Origin: Haliotis rubra
Lineage: Eukaryota
Length of the DNA: 64,000 nucleotides
NCBI RefSeq assembly: GCF_003918875.1
Contig: NW_025766002.1
Coordinates: 4,216,001 to 4,280,000 of the forward strand
Reading direction: 5' to 3'
This document shows, piece by piece, positions 26,468-39,020 of this stretch. Positions within the stretch are counted from its first letter, which is position 1. The number at the start of each line of letters is the position of its first letter. The position numbers and the translations under genes were made by a program. A model generated the notes under the pieces. That model saw nothing but the letters and a program-made list of their open reading frames with translations, was not told the origin of the DNA and ran no database searches.

Positions 26468-27368
26468 CCTGGTTTTGACTTCACACTGTGCACCACGCGC
26501 ACGTGAAAGGTGTTTGACAGGGGGCCATGCTCTCCCCGTGGGTGTTATGTCACAGATACTTATGTGTTCTAATGACATTGAAAGTAACCCCGGGCCCTCT
26601 ACTCTTGATCAAGTTAAAGACGCAATTCTACAAGAGTTACGTGACGTCAAATCTGATCTGACTTCTCAAATTAGTGCTGTGAAAACTGAAATAGCGAATT
26701 TGAACACCAAATACAGTCAACTTGAGAGATCAATTAGTGACATGCGCGCGGACATGACCACCATTACCCATCAGCAGGACATCATGTACAGCGATATTGA
26801 CGCGGTTTCTGAAAAGGTAGATACAGTTTTTGATCATTTATCAAGCATTGACGTTGAACTCGACAAACTTGAGGCTTACAGTCGGCGGGACAACGTCATC
26901 ATATATGGCATACCAGAGAGTGAAAATGAGAAATCCACATATTGTAAGGAAGCAGCTCTGAATGTTTTAAATGAAAATGTTACTTTCAAAACATGGCAGT
27001 CATCTGACGTCATCAGGGCCCACCGTCTTGGCGCTAAACGCCCCAACTCGGACAGACCTCGCCCAATGATTGTGAAACTACAGGCATCTGACGACAAGGT
27101 TCGAGCTCTGAAGGCGAGAGCGGTCCTGAAAAAAAACGGCTACGGAATTGCGAGTAACCTCACAACACGTCAACGTAAGCAACTACAAACGCTGAAAGGA
27201 ACAGGTCAGTTCGGATTCTTTAAGAATGGTAGGCTCGTGTCAGTGCCACGAACAGGTAGCGTGAAATCAACCTCGGATCAGCATGATACGTCACGCAGCA
27301 TAGGTAGAAGGATCTCAACACGGAGTCAGAACCGTAACGATGCCACTGCTCAGGGTGCAACTGCCTAG
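26468..27368 (+). CDS. LINE ORF1: 2A-like motif, coiled coil and L1-ORF1-like RNA-binding region
   Basis: DIESNPGP at 26574-26597, then a heptad-rich segment, then LEAYSRRDNVIIYGIPE...RAHRLG...PRPMIVKL. The true start is uncertain (ATG at 26547, or 5'-truncated). Confidence 0.75.
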
Positions 27369-30300
27369 CAGTGTGGCCAAAGCCCGGAACAACCTTCACA
27401 GGAACCCTTCTCATGGAACACCGCACGCAGTCCTGACGGTGCATCGTGTGATAACCACGCAGACGAACATTTTACTTTTCTGTGCTGGAATGTAAATGGT
27501 TTGAAAAGTAAAATCCAAGATTCAGACTTTATTGACTATCTCAGGAAATTCAAAATTATATGCTTAGTAGAGACATTTGTTGAGAATTTAAACATGAACT
27601 GGTTAGATGGATACGACGTATTCTATTGTCCTGCAGTTAAACTGTCCAAGTTTGGTCGTCTATCCGGTGGAGTATGCCTGTGCATTCACGAATCAATCAA
27701 GAAACTATGTACGTTGTCAAAATTACATATTGATAACGCTCTTTGTGTAAATTTGTCAAAAGAAATATTTTTCATCGACAAAGATATAAAACTGTTGTGT
27801 ACCTATATACCTCCTATGGGTTCACCATATTATGATAATTGTGACTCAAGTTGCAGCATTGATAAACTTGAACAACTCCTAGTTGATAACTTAACAGAGT
27901 TCAGCAACTCTCATCTGATGTTATGTTGAGATATGAACGCTAGAACTGGTCAACTCAATAATCCTATTGTGTGTCCGAGTGAGGACTTTCACAACTTTGG
28001 TTTATACTGTGACGATGATGACACCCCAGTCGAGAATCGTAAATCTCATGATAGTACGGTAAATAGATTTGGTTGCATATTGCTAGATATGTGTTATGCT
28101 TTCCATTTATTCATAGTTAACGGTAGAGTGAACGGGGACATAAATGGTGAGTTTACATACTGTAGTGAGAAAGGTTGTAGTGTAAATGACTACTTTATTT
28201 GTTCCCCGGAATTATTCCAATATTTTCAACACTTTAATATCGTTGAACACTCTGATTCAGATCATTTTCCACTTGAGTTATCCTGTAGCTTCCCCAAAAT
28301 GAACCCTACATCAAATGTGTCTAATAACAACCCAACCATTACGGATAAGATATTTTGGAATGACTCATTCTGTACTTCATTTCTGAATACTCTACGTGAG
28401 GAATTGGGGCATTCTGGTGAAAAACCGCTGATTAAACTTGAGGTTGATATTGATGGTGCTGTCAATGATCTCGTTAATACGATATTGAAATCGGCCGAAT
28501 GTATGAAAAAGGCGTGCAAAGAATAAATATAAACCGTTCAGCAGAGAATGTAAAATGGCCAAGAGAAATGCACGTAGAGCTTTAAGAAAGTTTCGATGTC
28601 AACGCACTGATAGTAACAGACGGACATACTGTAAAGAGCGAAATAGGTACAAGACATGTTACAGAAACTTTAAACATGAACTCAAATGTAATAAACTAAA
28701 CAGGCTCAGTAATTCCATGCATTGTCAGTCTAAATTCTGGAAAGAAATTCGACATATCAGAACTAAATGCTCTCAACAAAATTCAATTTCCAAACCCGAG
28801 TGGCTCATTCATTTCAGGAATGTTTTCGCAAATAATTCAGTGCTCGATCAGTTTGACCATGGCCAAGACATTTTAGAAATTTCGCATGATTTTAATGGGG
28901 ACTATGATGAAGTAGATGAACTTGTACTAGACTCGCCTATATCGGATGATGAAATCACAAATGCAATTTCACAATTGAAATGTGGAAAAGCAGCTGGTCC
29001 CGATAGTATCATTATTGAAATGCTTAAATGTTCTATTACCGAAATTTTTCCATTTCTCAACAAATGCTTTAATAATTTATTCACAAAAGGTGTATTTCCT
29101 CGCAGTTGGTCAATCTCTATTATTGTCCCAATATTCACAAGAAAGGTGACTTTAATAATCCCGATAATTACAGGGGGATATCTCTTATGAGTATTCCCGG
29201 CAAAGTCTTCACTTCTATACTAAATACCCGACTCTCTAAATGGGCAAACGTGAAAGATAAGATTCCTGAGAATCAAGCTGGTTTTCGTAAGCAATACTCC
29301 ACAACTGATCATATTTTTACTTTGTATGCACTGATTCAGAAATGTTTATCCCGTCGAAAACACAAACTGTATGTAGCTTTTGTCGATTTTAAGAAAGCAT
29401 TCGATTCTGTAGATAGACACAAATTATGGTATTGCTTACGTAATGCCGGTTTAAGCGGGAAAATGTATACTATGTTAAAAGCAATGTATTCAAATGTAAA
29501 ATCTTGTGTACGATGTGGTTCTGGTGTAACAGATTATTTTGACTGCCCAATGGGACTACGACAAGGATGCATTGTAAGTCCGATTTTGTTCTCATTCTTC
29601 ATAAACGAATTTTATTATGAGGTTATGCAAAAGGGTAAACAAGGTGTACAGATGTTCCCAGATATGATATAACTGTTTATGCTCCTATTTGCAGACGATG
29701 TCATTTTGATATCTGAAACTATTATTGGTTTGCAAAATCAGCTAAATATTCTTGAAAGTTATTCTGAAAACTGGAAACTATCCGTAAATTTAGACAAAAC
29801 TAAAATAGTCATATTCAGAAGGGGTGGCGCTGTTGCATCTAAGGAGAAATGGTCTCTTCACGGAAAATCTGTTGCTATTGTTAATCAATATAAATATCTG
29901 GGGATAAATTTTTCAAATACGATGAGCTTAAAAAGTTGTGTCTATGACTTGTTCCTACGTGCAAAGAAAGCAATGATCTCAATTTTATCTATCTCTCATG
30001 AATGTGGAATTTTAACTCCAAATATATTTTTCAAACTGTTTGATGCCTAGAAACAACCCATTTCATTATATGGATCGGAAGTGTGGGGATTTCAACGCTA
30101 CGATTACTTGGAGAGATTACATCTTATGGCTTGCAAGAAGTTTTTATGTGTTGGATCCGCTACTCCAAATTGTATGGTTTACGGTGAATGCGGGAGACAT
30201 CCTATATATATTAATTCGCAAATACGATGCCTTAAATATTGGTTTAAGATTCTGTTAATGCATGAAAGTCGTCTACCAAAAATATCTTATAATATGATGG

Positions 30301-30893
30301 TTCATCTAGATAATATGGGTAAAATATCTTGGGCATCACATATTAGAAATCTTTTGTTTTCTCATGGATATGGGTTTATATGGATAAGCCAGGGTGTGGG
30401 CGATGTCTTTATGTTTTTAAAAGAATTTCGTGATCGAGCGGTAAACATGTTTCATCAGGAATGGCATTTCACTCTAGAAAGCAGTTCTCGTTACGAATTA
30501 TATAGAGCATTTAAAAACCTATTACAGCCTGAACTGTATTTATCTAAACTTACCTTTAAGTGTAATAGAAATATATTTGTCAAATATAGGACAGGTTTGT
30601 TGGACTTAATGGTAAATAGAGGTAGAAAACGGTCCATCCCAAAATCTGAAAGATCTTGTCCTTTATGTAATTCTTCAGTAGAAGATGAGCTACATTTTAC
30701 CCTTGACTGTCCATTTTATGAAGATTTACGTTACATGTGTATCCCAGAACGTTATCTGTCGGAACCACCACTGATAGCTTTTACCAGTTTATTAACAACT
30801 AATAATGAATCCACCCTACCCAATCTAGCTCTCTATGTTAAATATGCATTTATTCGGCGTAACGAGCACTTACAGTTAACCATGTCTTGTCTT
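27369..30893 (+). pseudogene. LINE ORF2 (endonuclease/reverse transcriptase), disrupted
   Basis: Stops at 27927, 28524, 29670 and 30048, with frameshifts near 28530, 29135 and 30055, split it into six ORF-track pieces. Confidence 0.9.
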
Positions 30894-31114
30894 GACTCTT
30901 TGGAACCAAAATTGTCAGAGATCAGGTGAACAATATTGTGTCTCAGAACTGCAGTGTCTTTGTGCGGAGGGTGGTGTACAGAATGGTATCAGGTCACGTC
31001 AAATCAGTCGCATTGATGAAGTCCTATGACTATTCTTGGAGGCGTCTAAGATCACGATCCACTGCTCGACATGTTTACAAACAAGGCAGCACAATTTCAA
31101 CAGACAAAGTATAG
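30894..31114 (+). pseudogene. V6: 3' remnant of the last exon
   Basis: gactctttggaaccaaaattgtcaga...SYDYSWRRLRSRSTARHVYKQGSTISTDKV*. Everything upstream is replaced by the LINE; the downstream flank resembles that of V4. Confidence 0.9.
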
Positions 31115-31968
31115 AATGTTTCTGAACATTGACTGATAATATGTGATATGAGCTGAAAGAATACGGAGACATGGCTGTTTTCCTAAGAGGCCATGTATCA
31201 AACAGGCTTTCTTTCATTAACTATGTTACGAGAATCCATATCCATTTGTATTTGACTTTGAAAAACACCGAAATCGAATCACACTTCATACAAACCGTCT
31301 TATGCTATATGTGAGCATGGTGTGTCATAACAGTGCGTGACTGGAAAGTGCGTTTTACAGAATGAAAGAGACTGATGGGAATGTAAAATATTGTACATTT
31401 ATCCATGTTACTATTTACATAAAACGTATAAATTGACTTGCATTATTTCTTCTTTGTAACATGTACAATGTTAAAATTGGACTGAAAAACACTACTTTCA
31501 CTTACATTCCATGTATTTGACTTGACAATAGTATTCTTGCATGAATGTGACGTCTTATATCCACGGCATGATACGGAGCCCAATCTGGGGACCGTCGTTC
31601 GTCTTTTGTCCATTCTGTCACCTATAGAGGATTTTGTTACTTTGACCTAAAGCGACAAATTACAAGCCCCAAATCAACCCTTCACTTTCTTATATCTGTT
31701 GGCTCAGGCACTACAATTACAATGAAATGTCGCCTTTGGGATTCATATTTCTAGCAATATATCTCTTAGCAACATATAGGGCTTTATACAGTATTGTTAA
31801 CCCAAAGATGCTGTCATGTTCGACTACAGAGGTTGGATCACTGCAATCATTGTTTTAGTCATTAGTGAATTTGGGTCCCTGAGTGGATTCTGTAGTTGTT
31901 GAATCATGATTTGTCCCGATTATCACCATTCGTCTGTATTCATGCTCGTGTCTTTGACCCAAACAGTA

Positions 31969-32075
31969 GACCGCCTCCATGGTGTAGTGGTAACAGCGTC
32001 CGCCCGGACAGCGGAAGGTTGCGGGTTCGACGTTTAAACATGGTACTTGGTCCCTGCTTAGAGCTCGGCATTATT
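31969..32075 (+). mobile_element. SINE family C, internally deleted 5' fragment
   Basis: gaccgcctccatggtgtagtgg...ggttcga joined to tggtacttggtccctgc. Confidence 0.7.
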
Positions 32076-32145
32076 GAGTCAGTAAACAGTAGATATCATA
32101 TACCTACCACAATGAGATGACAAGCTGTTATTAAACCATCACAAC

Positions 32146-32385
32146 GAGTGAGTGAGTTTAGTTTTACGCCGCACTCAGCAATATTCCAGCTATATGGCGG
32201 CGGTCTGTAAATAATCGAGTCTTGACCAGACAATTCAGTGATCAACAGCATGAACATCGATCTGCGCTATGGGGAACCGATGACATGTGTCAACCAAGTC
32301 AGCAAGCCAGACTACCCCGTTAGTCGCCTCTTACGACAAGCATGGGTTACTGAAGATCAATACTCTAACCCGGACATTCACGGGT
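32146..32385 (-). mobile_element. SINE family B
   Basis: Reverse complement of the family B consensus, ending at cacgggta. Confidence 0.85.
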
Positions 32386-33233
32386 ACCAACATCAAGAAC
32401 AGACAATAGCTGAAACATTTTCCACACCACATAGTCATCTGGATGAACGGGAATTAAATGCTATTCGTACATCATAGGAATCTAAACTTTTACAGTAATA
32501 AAATGTTTTCACAGCACATATGTAAACGTCGACAAACCGGAGGACATTACTTCCCATCTTCAGTTGATATGCAGTTGAACAACTCTTAAAATCTACTAAA
32601 CTTAACAATAAGCTACACCTTAATACAACTCGAATTAATATGCATTTAGTGGATGTTTTAGGTCACACTAGATAACCTTGTACAGTAAAATGATTGTTAT
32701 GAAATAATAAAGGAATAACTGTGTGTTATATTTACGCTTTAGGTTAAGTTTTAGGATGTATTTCCCATAATAAGTCATCAGTTTAACCAATATTTGCTGT
32801 TATTTTGTTATTCCTATCTTGGTCATAGGGACGTATTGCCTTTGAAAACTGATAACGATATACCATGTGTTTTGGTGTTGACAACACAGCATTCAGAGAG
32901 TTGTGTGGCGGGCCATCCGGCAAAACTGCTTGCCGAGCATAACAATCCGCGAAGTATAAACGTCACACATTCCTTCTAAACTCGCTACACTACACTGTGC
33001 TACTCAATGAAACCGAAACCTAGACGCACGTGTGAGGAGCAATGAACGGAAACATCGCGTTTGAGAGATATTTCCCAAAGGTCATGACCACTGTTCTTGA
33101 ATCACATGTTCTCCTTTACATGTTCTACGTTCGTGTGAACATAATAAGTGTTAACTGGTATCATGTTTACTGATGTTACACAGCAATATGTGAAATATTA
33201 TCAATACACGATGAGAACTTTATCATTGTAGCA

Positions 33234-33402
33234 AGAATGAATGAATAAATGAATGAATGAATGAATGAATGAATGAATGAATGAATGAATGAATAAAAAT
33301 ATAAAGAAAACCTATGTTTCATATTTACGTGATCCTGGTAAGAAATGAATGGATATATAAAGAAAACCTATGTTTCATATTTACCTGACCCTGGTAAGAA
33401 AT
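33234..33402. repeat. (GAAT)n microsatellite followed by a ~57-bp direct duplication
   Basis: gaat repeats 33234-33295. atataaagaaaacctatgtttcatatttac.tga.cctggtaagaaat occurs twice. Confidence 0.9.
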
Positions 33403-34863
33403 AAGTCACTGCCTATAGATCACTGTCTATAAATAAAGTAGTGATCGCAGGCCCCTGGAGCTTATGTCGCCTCATACACGTGCTGCCTATTCAGCCCAAC
33501 TGTCAAGGCATATATTCTCTACAATGGGGGTTATACCGCTCAGTAATAGCAGAATTAGTCATCTGCATGGTCTTCAATACACATGCACTGTTCGATGCTT
33601 AATGTATCAAATAGATGCTCATAAAGAATATTCCATGCATCAACTACATTTGTGCAATATACCAGTTGGTGTTTTATTATATATATTATGTAATCGCACT
33701 CGTCATCAAACATTAAACACTGTGGACATTTTGCACAGTGCGTGCAAAGTAGCGCTGGGTATTTTCAATGTTATTTTCTCTGTCGGGGACATGTTATTAT
33801 TACTCTCCGCCATATGTTAACACAACAGACTGGGTTTAGACCAAATAATGATCCTTTCTCAATATCATGTAATTCTGATGATAAGATGATTTTTTTCAGC
33901 AACTATGTTGCAATGGCACAGTCTATACTTATTTACTTCAGTGCAATACATGTCGTCATTATACAATTGCAGATCAATGCTGTGTCTTTTAGTTTTTTCA
34001 CTTTAAATCAAAAACAGAAATACACATCACATCACACTCTAACGTTCACGTATATCCATCAAGAATAAAATTCAACTATTAGCAATGTAAATATATCTAA
34101 CAATTTGTTATATATTATAAACATATATGTCTATTCTTATTCAGAATCTTCTTTTCCCCTTTTTCTTCTTCACATTTACTTCTTGTACCATTCTAAAATA
34201 CAAAAAACAAAATCCATTATCTTACGTTTTGTAACTGTTCCATTGAAAAATCTTTTCACTATCAGTTCAATTGCTGTCAGTTGCTTCTACTTTCAGTATG
34301 GAGATACGATATTATCTTACATGAAAATAATGTGTAGACATTTTGTAAAACATGCATGGATGTTCAGCATATATATGAATAAACACGAATAATGACGAAA
34401 CTAATTTCCTGTTTTTTCTCTTTCTCATTTAAACTGGCCAGGGTTGTACAATTTGCGCTCAATATCGCAAACACTCACAAATGTAATACCATATGCAATG
34501 AAAACTGGCCAGTCGTGCTATTTTGAATTGGTTTTAGGTGATTTATCCAAAACGTTTTCACAGGAAACATAGTGGCTGTCTTATAAGTACTGTCGGTCTG
34601 TCAAAGTATAAAAAGGAGAAAGTGGTTCGATTTGTGAAACAGTGGGTCATAAAAACTGGGAACAGATAAATATTGAAAACGTGAGTTTTCCTTGGCAATA
34701 TAGTTTGTGCAAAACAATGTATTCGTTTGGGCCACCCTATAATCTTGCACCTGCAAATGAGGGACTCTCTCCGGGAAACTCGCAAACTGTAAAAGAAACA
34801 TCTGCAATATTCATACATATTTTACGGAAAATATTGTCGACATTCTGCCTGGCAAGTGAAGGC

Positions 34864-35420
34864 TTCCGCGAAGCAATGATGTCATCACAAAATATACGAA
34901 CTCTACACATTGCCGCTACATCCCGTTTACGACGAAAAAATTTATCCGACACAGTGTGAGGAGATTTAACGTCTACAACGTATTTGAGAGAGTATGTTCA
35001 TTTGTTTCTGAACGCACGTTTCACGTTTGTCGATTCTGCATAAGTCACATTCAATGACAGCACATTTCCTGAGTCAAACGTGTGGTACTAATTCCCGAAT
35101 ATGTTTCTATCCTCAACTAATCAAACAGCTCGTTTCGTTTGTTTTGCGAAACATGCACATGTTGAAACGCTTAGACATGAACATTGTCTGATCCTCAAAA
35201 CACAACCACAGAACAGGTCTAAACACGCCAGCCACAACAAGCCTCAGCGAGTTCCCATTGATCGTCCCCCAGCCAGTATAAAAGCTAGCGGGCTGGCTGA
35301 GTAAGATCAGTCTACTCACATTACTACAGCTGACAGGCTTCGGTATATATAAGCTACACTTTATAGCAGCGAAGAAATATAGCGCAAGCGCTGAATATTT
35401 TCCTTCACTATTCAAACCAG
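34864..35420 (+). promoter_or_regulatory. V7 promoter module, TATA/Inr and non-coding exon 1
   Basis: TTCCGCGAA 34864, TGATGTCA, TATAAAA 35277, TCAGT A at 35309, donor CAG|GTAATT 35420/35421. Confidence 0.65.
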
Positions 35421-35683
35421 GTAATTTGAGGAAGCTATTAACTATATGCTATTAATCATTTCCATACACAACTGGGTCCAACTACATGAGCATCGCTACT
35501 CCATATACATACTACATTATTATCTAGTCGGTAAGATGAAGGTAATGATCAAAGTAATTATGGTATACTACTGTTCATTTGAAAATGAATTCGTCCATCA
35601 TTTAAATGTATTCTTTTTATTGAACATATATACACAGTGAATGACTGAAATCAGATGTTTTGACTTTTCCCAACAGATTCAAC

Positions 35684-37514
35684 ATGGCTTTGCTTCCTCC
35701 TGGTGGACTTCCAGAGATTGTCTTTTCCTTCGACACAACCGGCTCTATGAGCAGTTGTCTGGCCTCTGTCCGAGGTCGACTCCAGGACATGATACAGCGA
35801 CTCCAGGCTGACATCCCCGCCATCAGAATGGCCGTCTTCGCACACGGTGACTACTGTGACAAACACAACTATGTCACAAAGTGGATCGACTTCTCCACTA
35901 ATGTCAAGGAACTTTGTGACTTTGTCAATAACGTCAGTAGCACTGGAGGCGGAGACTCCGACGAATGTTACGAGCTCGTTCTCAGACAAGTGGGGGAGGA
36001 GTTGTCATGGACACCAGGATCAAATCGTGCCCTCGTCATGATTGGCGACGCCAACCCCCATGAGCCAGACTACTCCGACAACAAACTCAGGATAGATTGG
36101 AGGGAAGAGATTCAAACCCTCAATAAAATGGTGAGCCGAAGGTCTATGTAGACAAGTAAAAGTTTCAACAAAACGAAATACACGCATTCAAATGATCAAC
36201 CCAGTGCTGAAATGCATTTTGCGTCGTAATTACCACTTGTATATTATACGCCAAAAACTTCATCATGTCACTTATATCAAAATCCATCTTAATCATTTCC
36301 AGGGAGTGAAGATATATGGGGTAGAGCGTGGATCTGGCACCATGGAATTCTACAAGAGAATGTCACAGGAGACAGGAGGGCGCCATCTTCAACTTGACAG
36401 CTTCTCCAATGTCTTTGATTTCCTCATGGCCATCTGCTACAGGGAACATGGAGCAGACATGTTTGATGTAAGTTCGCCCTACGCTCAATTTGAAAACACA
36501 ACCTAAATATTTCTCATCATTAATTAAGTGTACTTTCCTTGACAAATATGTTTTCCTGTTTTAACATTTGTATATGTCATTTCAGGTCTACGAGAAAGAG
36601 GTCCGAGGTCGTTGTGCTGAAGGCGCCCTCAGCAAGGACATGGAAAAAATGTTTACATCGCTACGTGATGGAGTAGCCTCCCTTCCATCGTCAAAGAAGA
36701 CCACAACTGGTTGCAGTAAGAAAGATGTGACGGTCCCCACATTAAAGAAAACTACATCCTTCACAGGAATTAGAAAGGCCAAGCCTAAATCTATCAGGAG
36801 ACCAGGAACAAAATCACTGAAGGTATATTTTATCGATGTCTGTTTCAAATAATAATGACATTATATTATAATATTCATTTGCTTTGAAAAATATAACTGA
36901 TAACGATCGCTTTTACCACTACTGTGGTATTACCCGTTCTAAAAGAATCGATAATATATGTACATAATGTATTTTTTCAGAAACCAACAAAGTTCGTGAC
37001 ACCTCTTCTGAGAAGAGAGGAAGTCTTCGAGAATAACTTCAGCTTAAGAGACATGGACTGGTCGCCCTGGGTTAAAGTTATCTCCCCTAACGTTCCCCTC
37101 AAACAGGAAACACAATGGGCTAAGAGACGGGGTGCCAACCCTGGATTCAGGAAGAAGACCGTCTTCAAGTCCCAGAACAATAAGCCAGCTCTCTATGAGA
37201 TCAGTGTTCAGACCACCAGGTTTGGTCGTAGGTGTGTCGTTTTCAGCAAGTTCTGTCACCACATTCCTGATAATGTGAACTGGGAAACAAGACTCCTTGG
37301 AAATAAAATTGTCAGAGCTCAGGTGAACAATGTTGTGTCTCAGAACTGCAGTGTCTTTGTGCGGAGGTTGGTGTACAGAAGAGCATCAGGTCAAGTCAAA
37401 ACAGCCGCAATGATGAAGTCCTATGACTATGCTTGGAGGCGTTTGAGGAGGGCACGATCTACTGCTCGACATGTTTACAAACAAGGCAGCACAATTTCAT
37501 CAGACAAAATATAG
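35684..37514 (+). CDS. V7: vWA + degenerate GIY-YIG-like protein, 460 aa
   Basis: join(35684-36130, 36303-36467, 36586-36822, 36981-37514). All introns are phase 0 and GT-AG, and the frame is open. AATAAA at 37864. Confidence 0.92.
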
Positions 37515-38873
37515 AATGCTTTTGAACACATTCTATGGCATATTTAAATAGACTTGATAAATGGACGTTTTTCTTAAGATGCCATATATCAAAGGGCATT
37601 CTTTCTACTTCTGAGATATGAGATGCCATATGTTTGGCATTATGTTCCAAAAACATCGAGATTCAGTCTCGTATTATTTTGTGAGTCCATGATGTTTTAC
37701 GCGAGAAGTGTGTCCCAACGAATGAAAGAGACTTATAAACGTTATTTTATATTGTTATGTGAAAATTGTACATATGTCATTGTTTATGTTACAGTTGTTT
37801 ATGAAACTCACTCATGCATGCATTTTCCCCTTGTGAACCATGTGCAATGTTAGAACAGGAACTAATAAAACAAACCACCTTCATAAAGTGTATTTTCCTT
37901 GACTATATATTCTTACAAACTGTGTTATCGTACAAAATAAAGACCTCCAGTTGACCTCGTCTCGTTTAGCGGACACTAAGGGCACCGTGACACTAAGCAA
38001 CAGTCACTCCTATCATTATACCAAACACTAACACACGAGCGGAATATATGTTTACGTAAACACGCCATCTGCAAACTGATATCAGCTAACAAGGACTCAA
38101 AATGTAAGGTATAAAATTTAACTAAGCTATAAAATATAGAATAACATGCATACATAATTATTTATATATGTGTGCGTATGTGTATAATGCATATTTACAT
38201 CTATATATCATTTATATATAAAAGACTAAATATATATAATATGTGTGTGTATATAGAGAGAGAGAGAAAGAGAGAGAGAAATTCTCTTTTTTGCATATTT
38301 CTGATTTGTTCAAAAGTATAACAATATGTGTGTTAACAATATGTGTGTGTCTTGATACCTTACACGCATCATTTTGTGTGTAATCTCCATCGCAAAAAGG
38401 AGGAAACGAATTTATTCCAAAGAAGTATATATAACTAATACGAATGGCACTTAATACATTTCAACATCAAACGTTACATTTATACAAAGTATTACAGTAT
38501 ACGTAGACAGATATTATGCATTATTAGTTTGAAAAAACATCCTTATCTTGCATGTTATCTTATATGTTAAACTATGGACCTAAGGCCTCTCAGTTAGCCG
38601 TGAATGAATTGTTTCATTAAAGACATAAAAAGAATATTAGAGGCAACCCTATTATTCAATTTGTCAACTGATCTTTCAGTGACAACATATTAGAAACAAC
38701 GCTGAAAACTAGTAAAAGCATATCTAGCCCTTAAGTGCATTCAGATTTCAACTACAAGATGTTGCATTTGAAGGGCACTCAGAAGTGTTGAACAAATATG
38801 TTTTGGTTGGCATCTTCCTTATTTGTTAAACATGACATTTCGGGGATACGTTTTCTTCTTCTTCTGCCCCTCC

Positions 38874-39020
38874 GGGCGTTGGAGTAGCCGAGTGGTGTAG
38901 CGTTCGCTCGGGTTAGATTCCCCACATGGGCACAATGTGTGAAGCCCATTTCCCGTGTCCCCCGCCGTGATATTGCTGGAATATTGCTAAAAGCGGCGTA
39001 AAACTCAACTCACTCACTCT
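38874..39020 (+). mobile_element. SINE family A with an internal deletion
   Basis: Family A body and (ACTC)n tail. Confidence 0.8.

Larger units (their letters stand above)
26468..30893 (+). mobile_element. Degenerate APE-RT LINE (RTEX/CR1-group-like; clade uncertain)
   Basis: ORF1 followed by ORF2 with APE motifs (WNVNG, LVETF, DMNA, SDH), RT motifs (QAGFR, FVDFKKAFDSV, GLRQG, LFADD, YKYLG) and a C-terminal CPLC..H...C. Host homology stops at ~26467 and resumes at 30894. No TSD. Confidence 0.92.

Noticed and set aside
30081-30929. LINE-host fusion protein
   Set aside because: ORF2 enters the V6 exon out of frame and stops within 12 codons; upstream ORF2 is broken.
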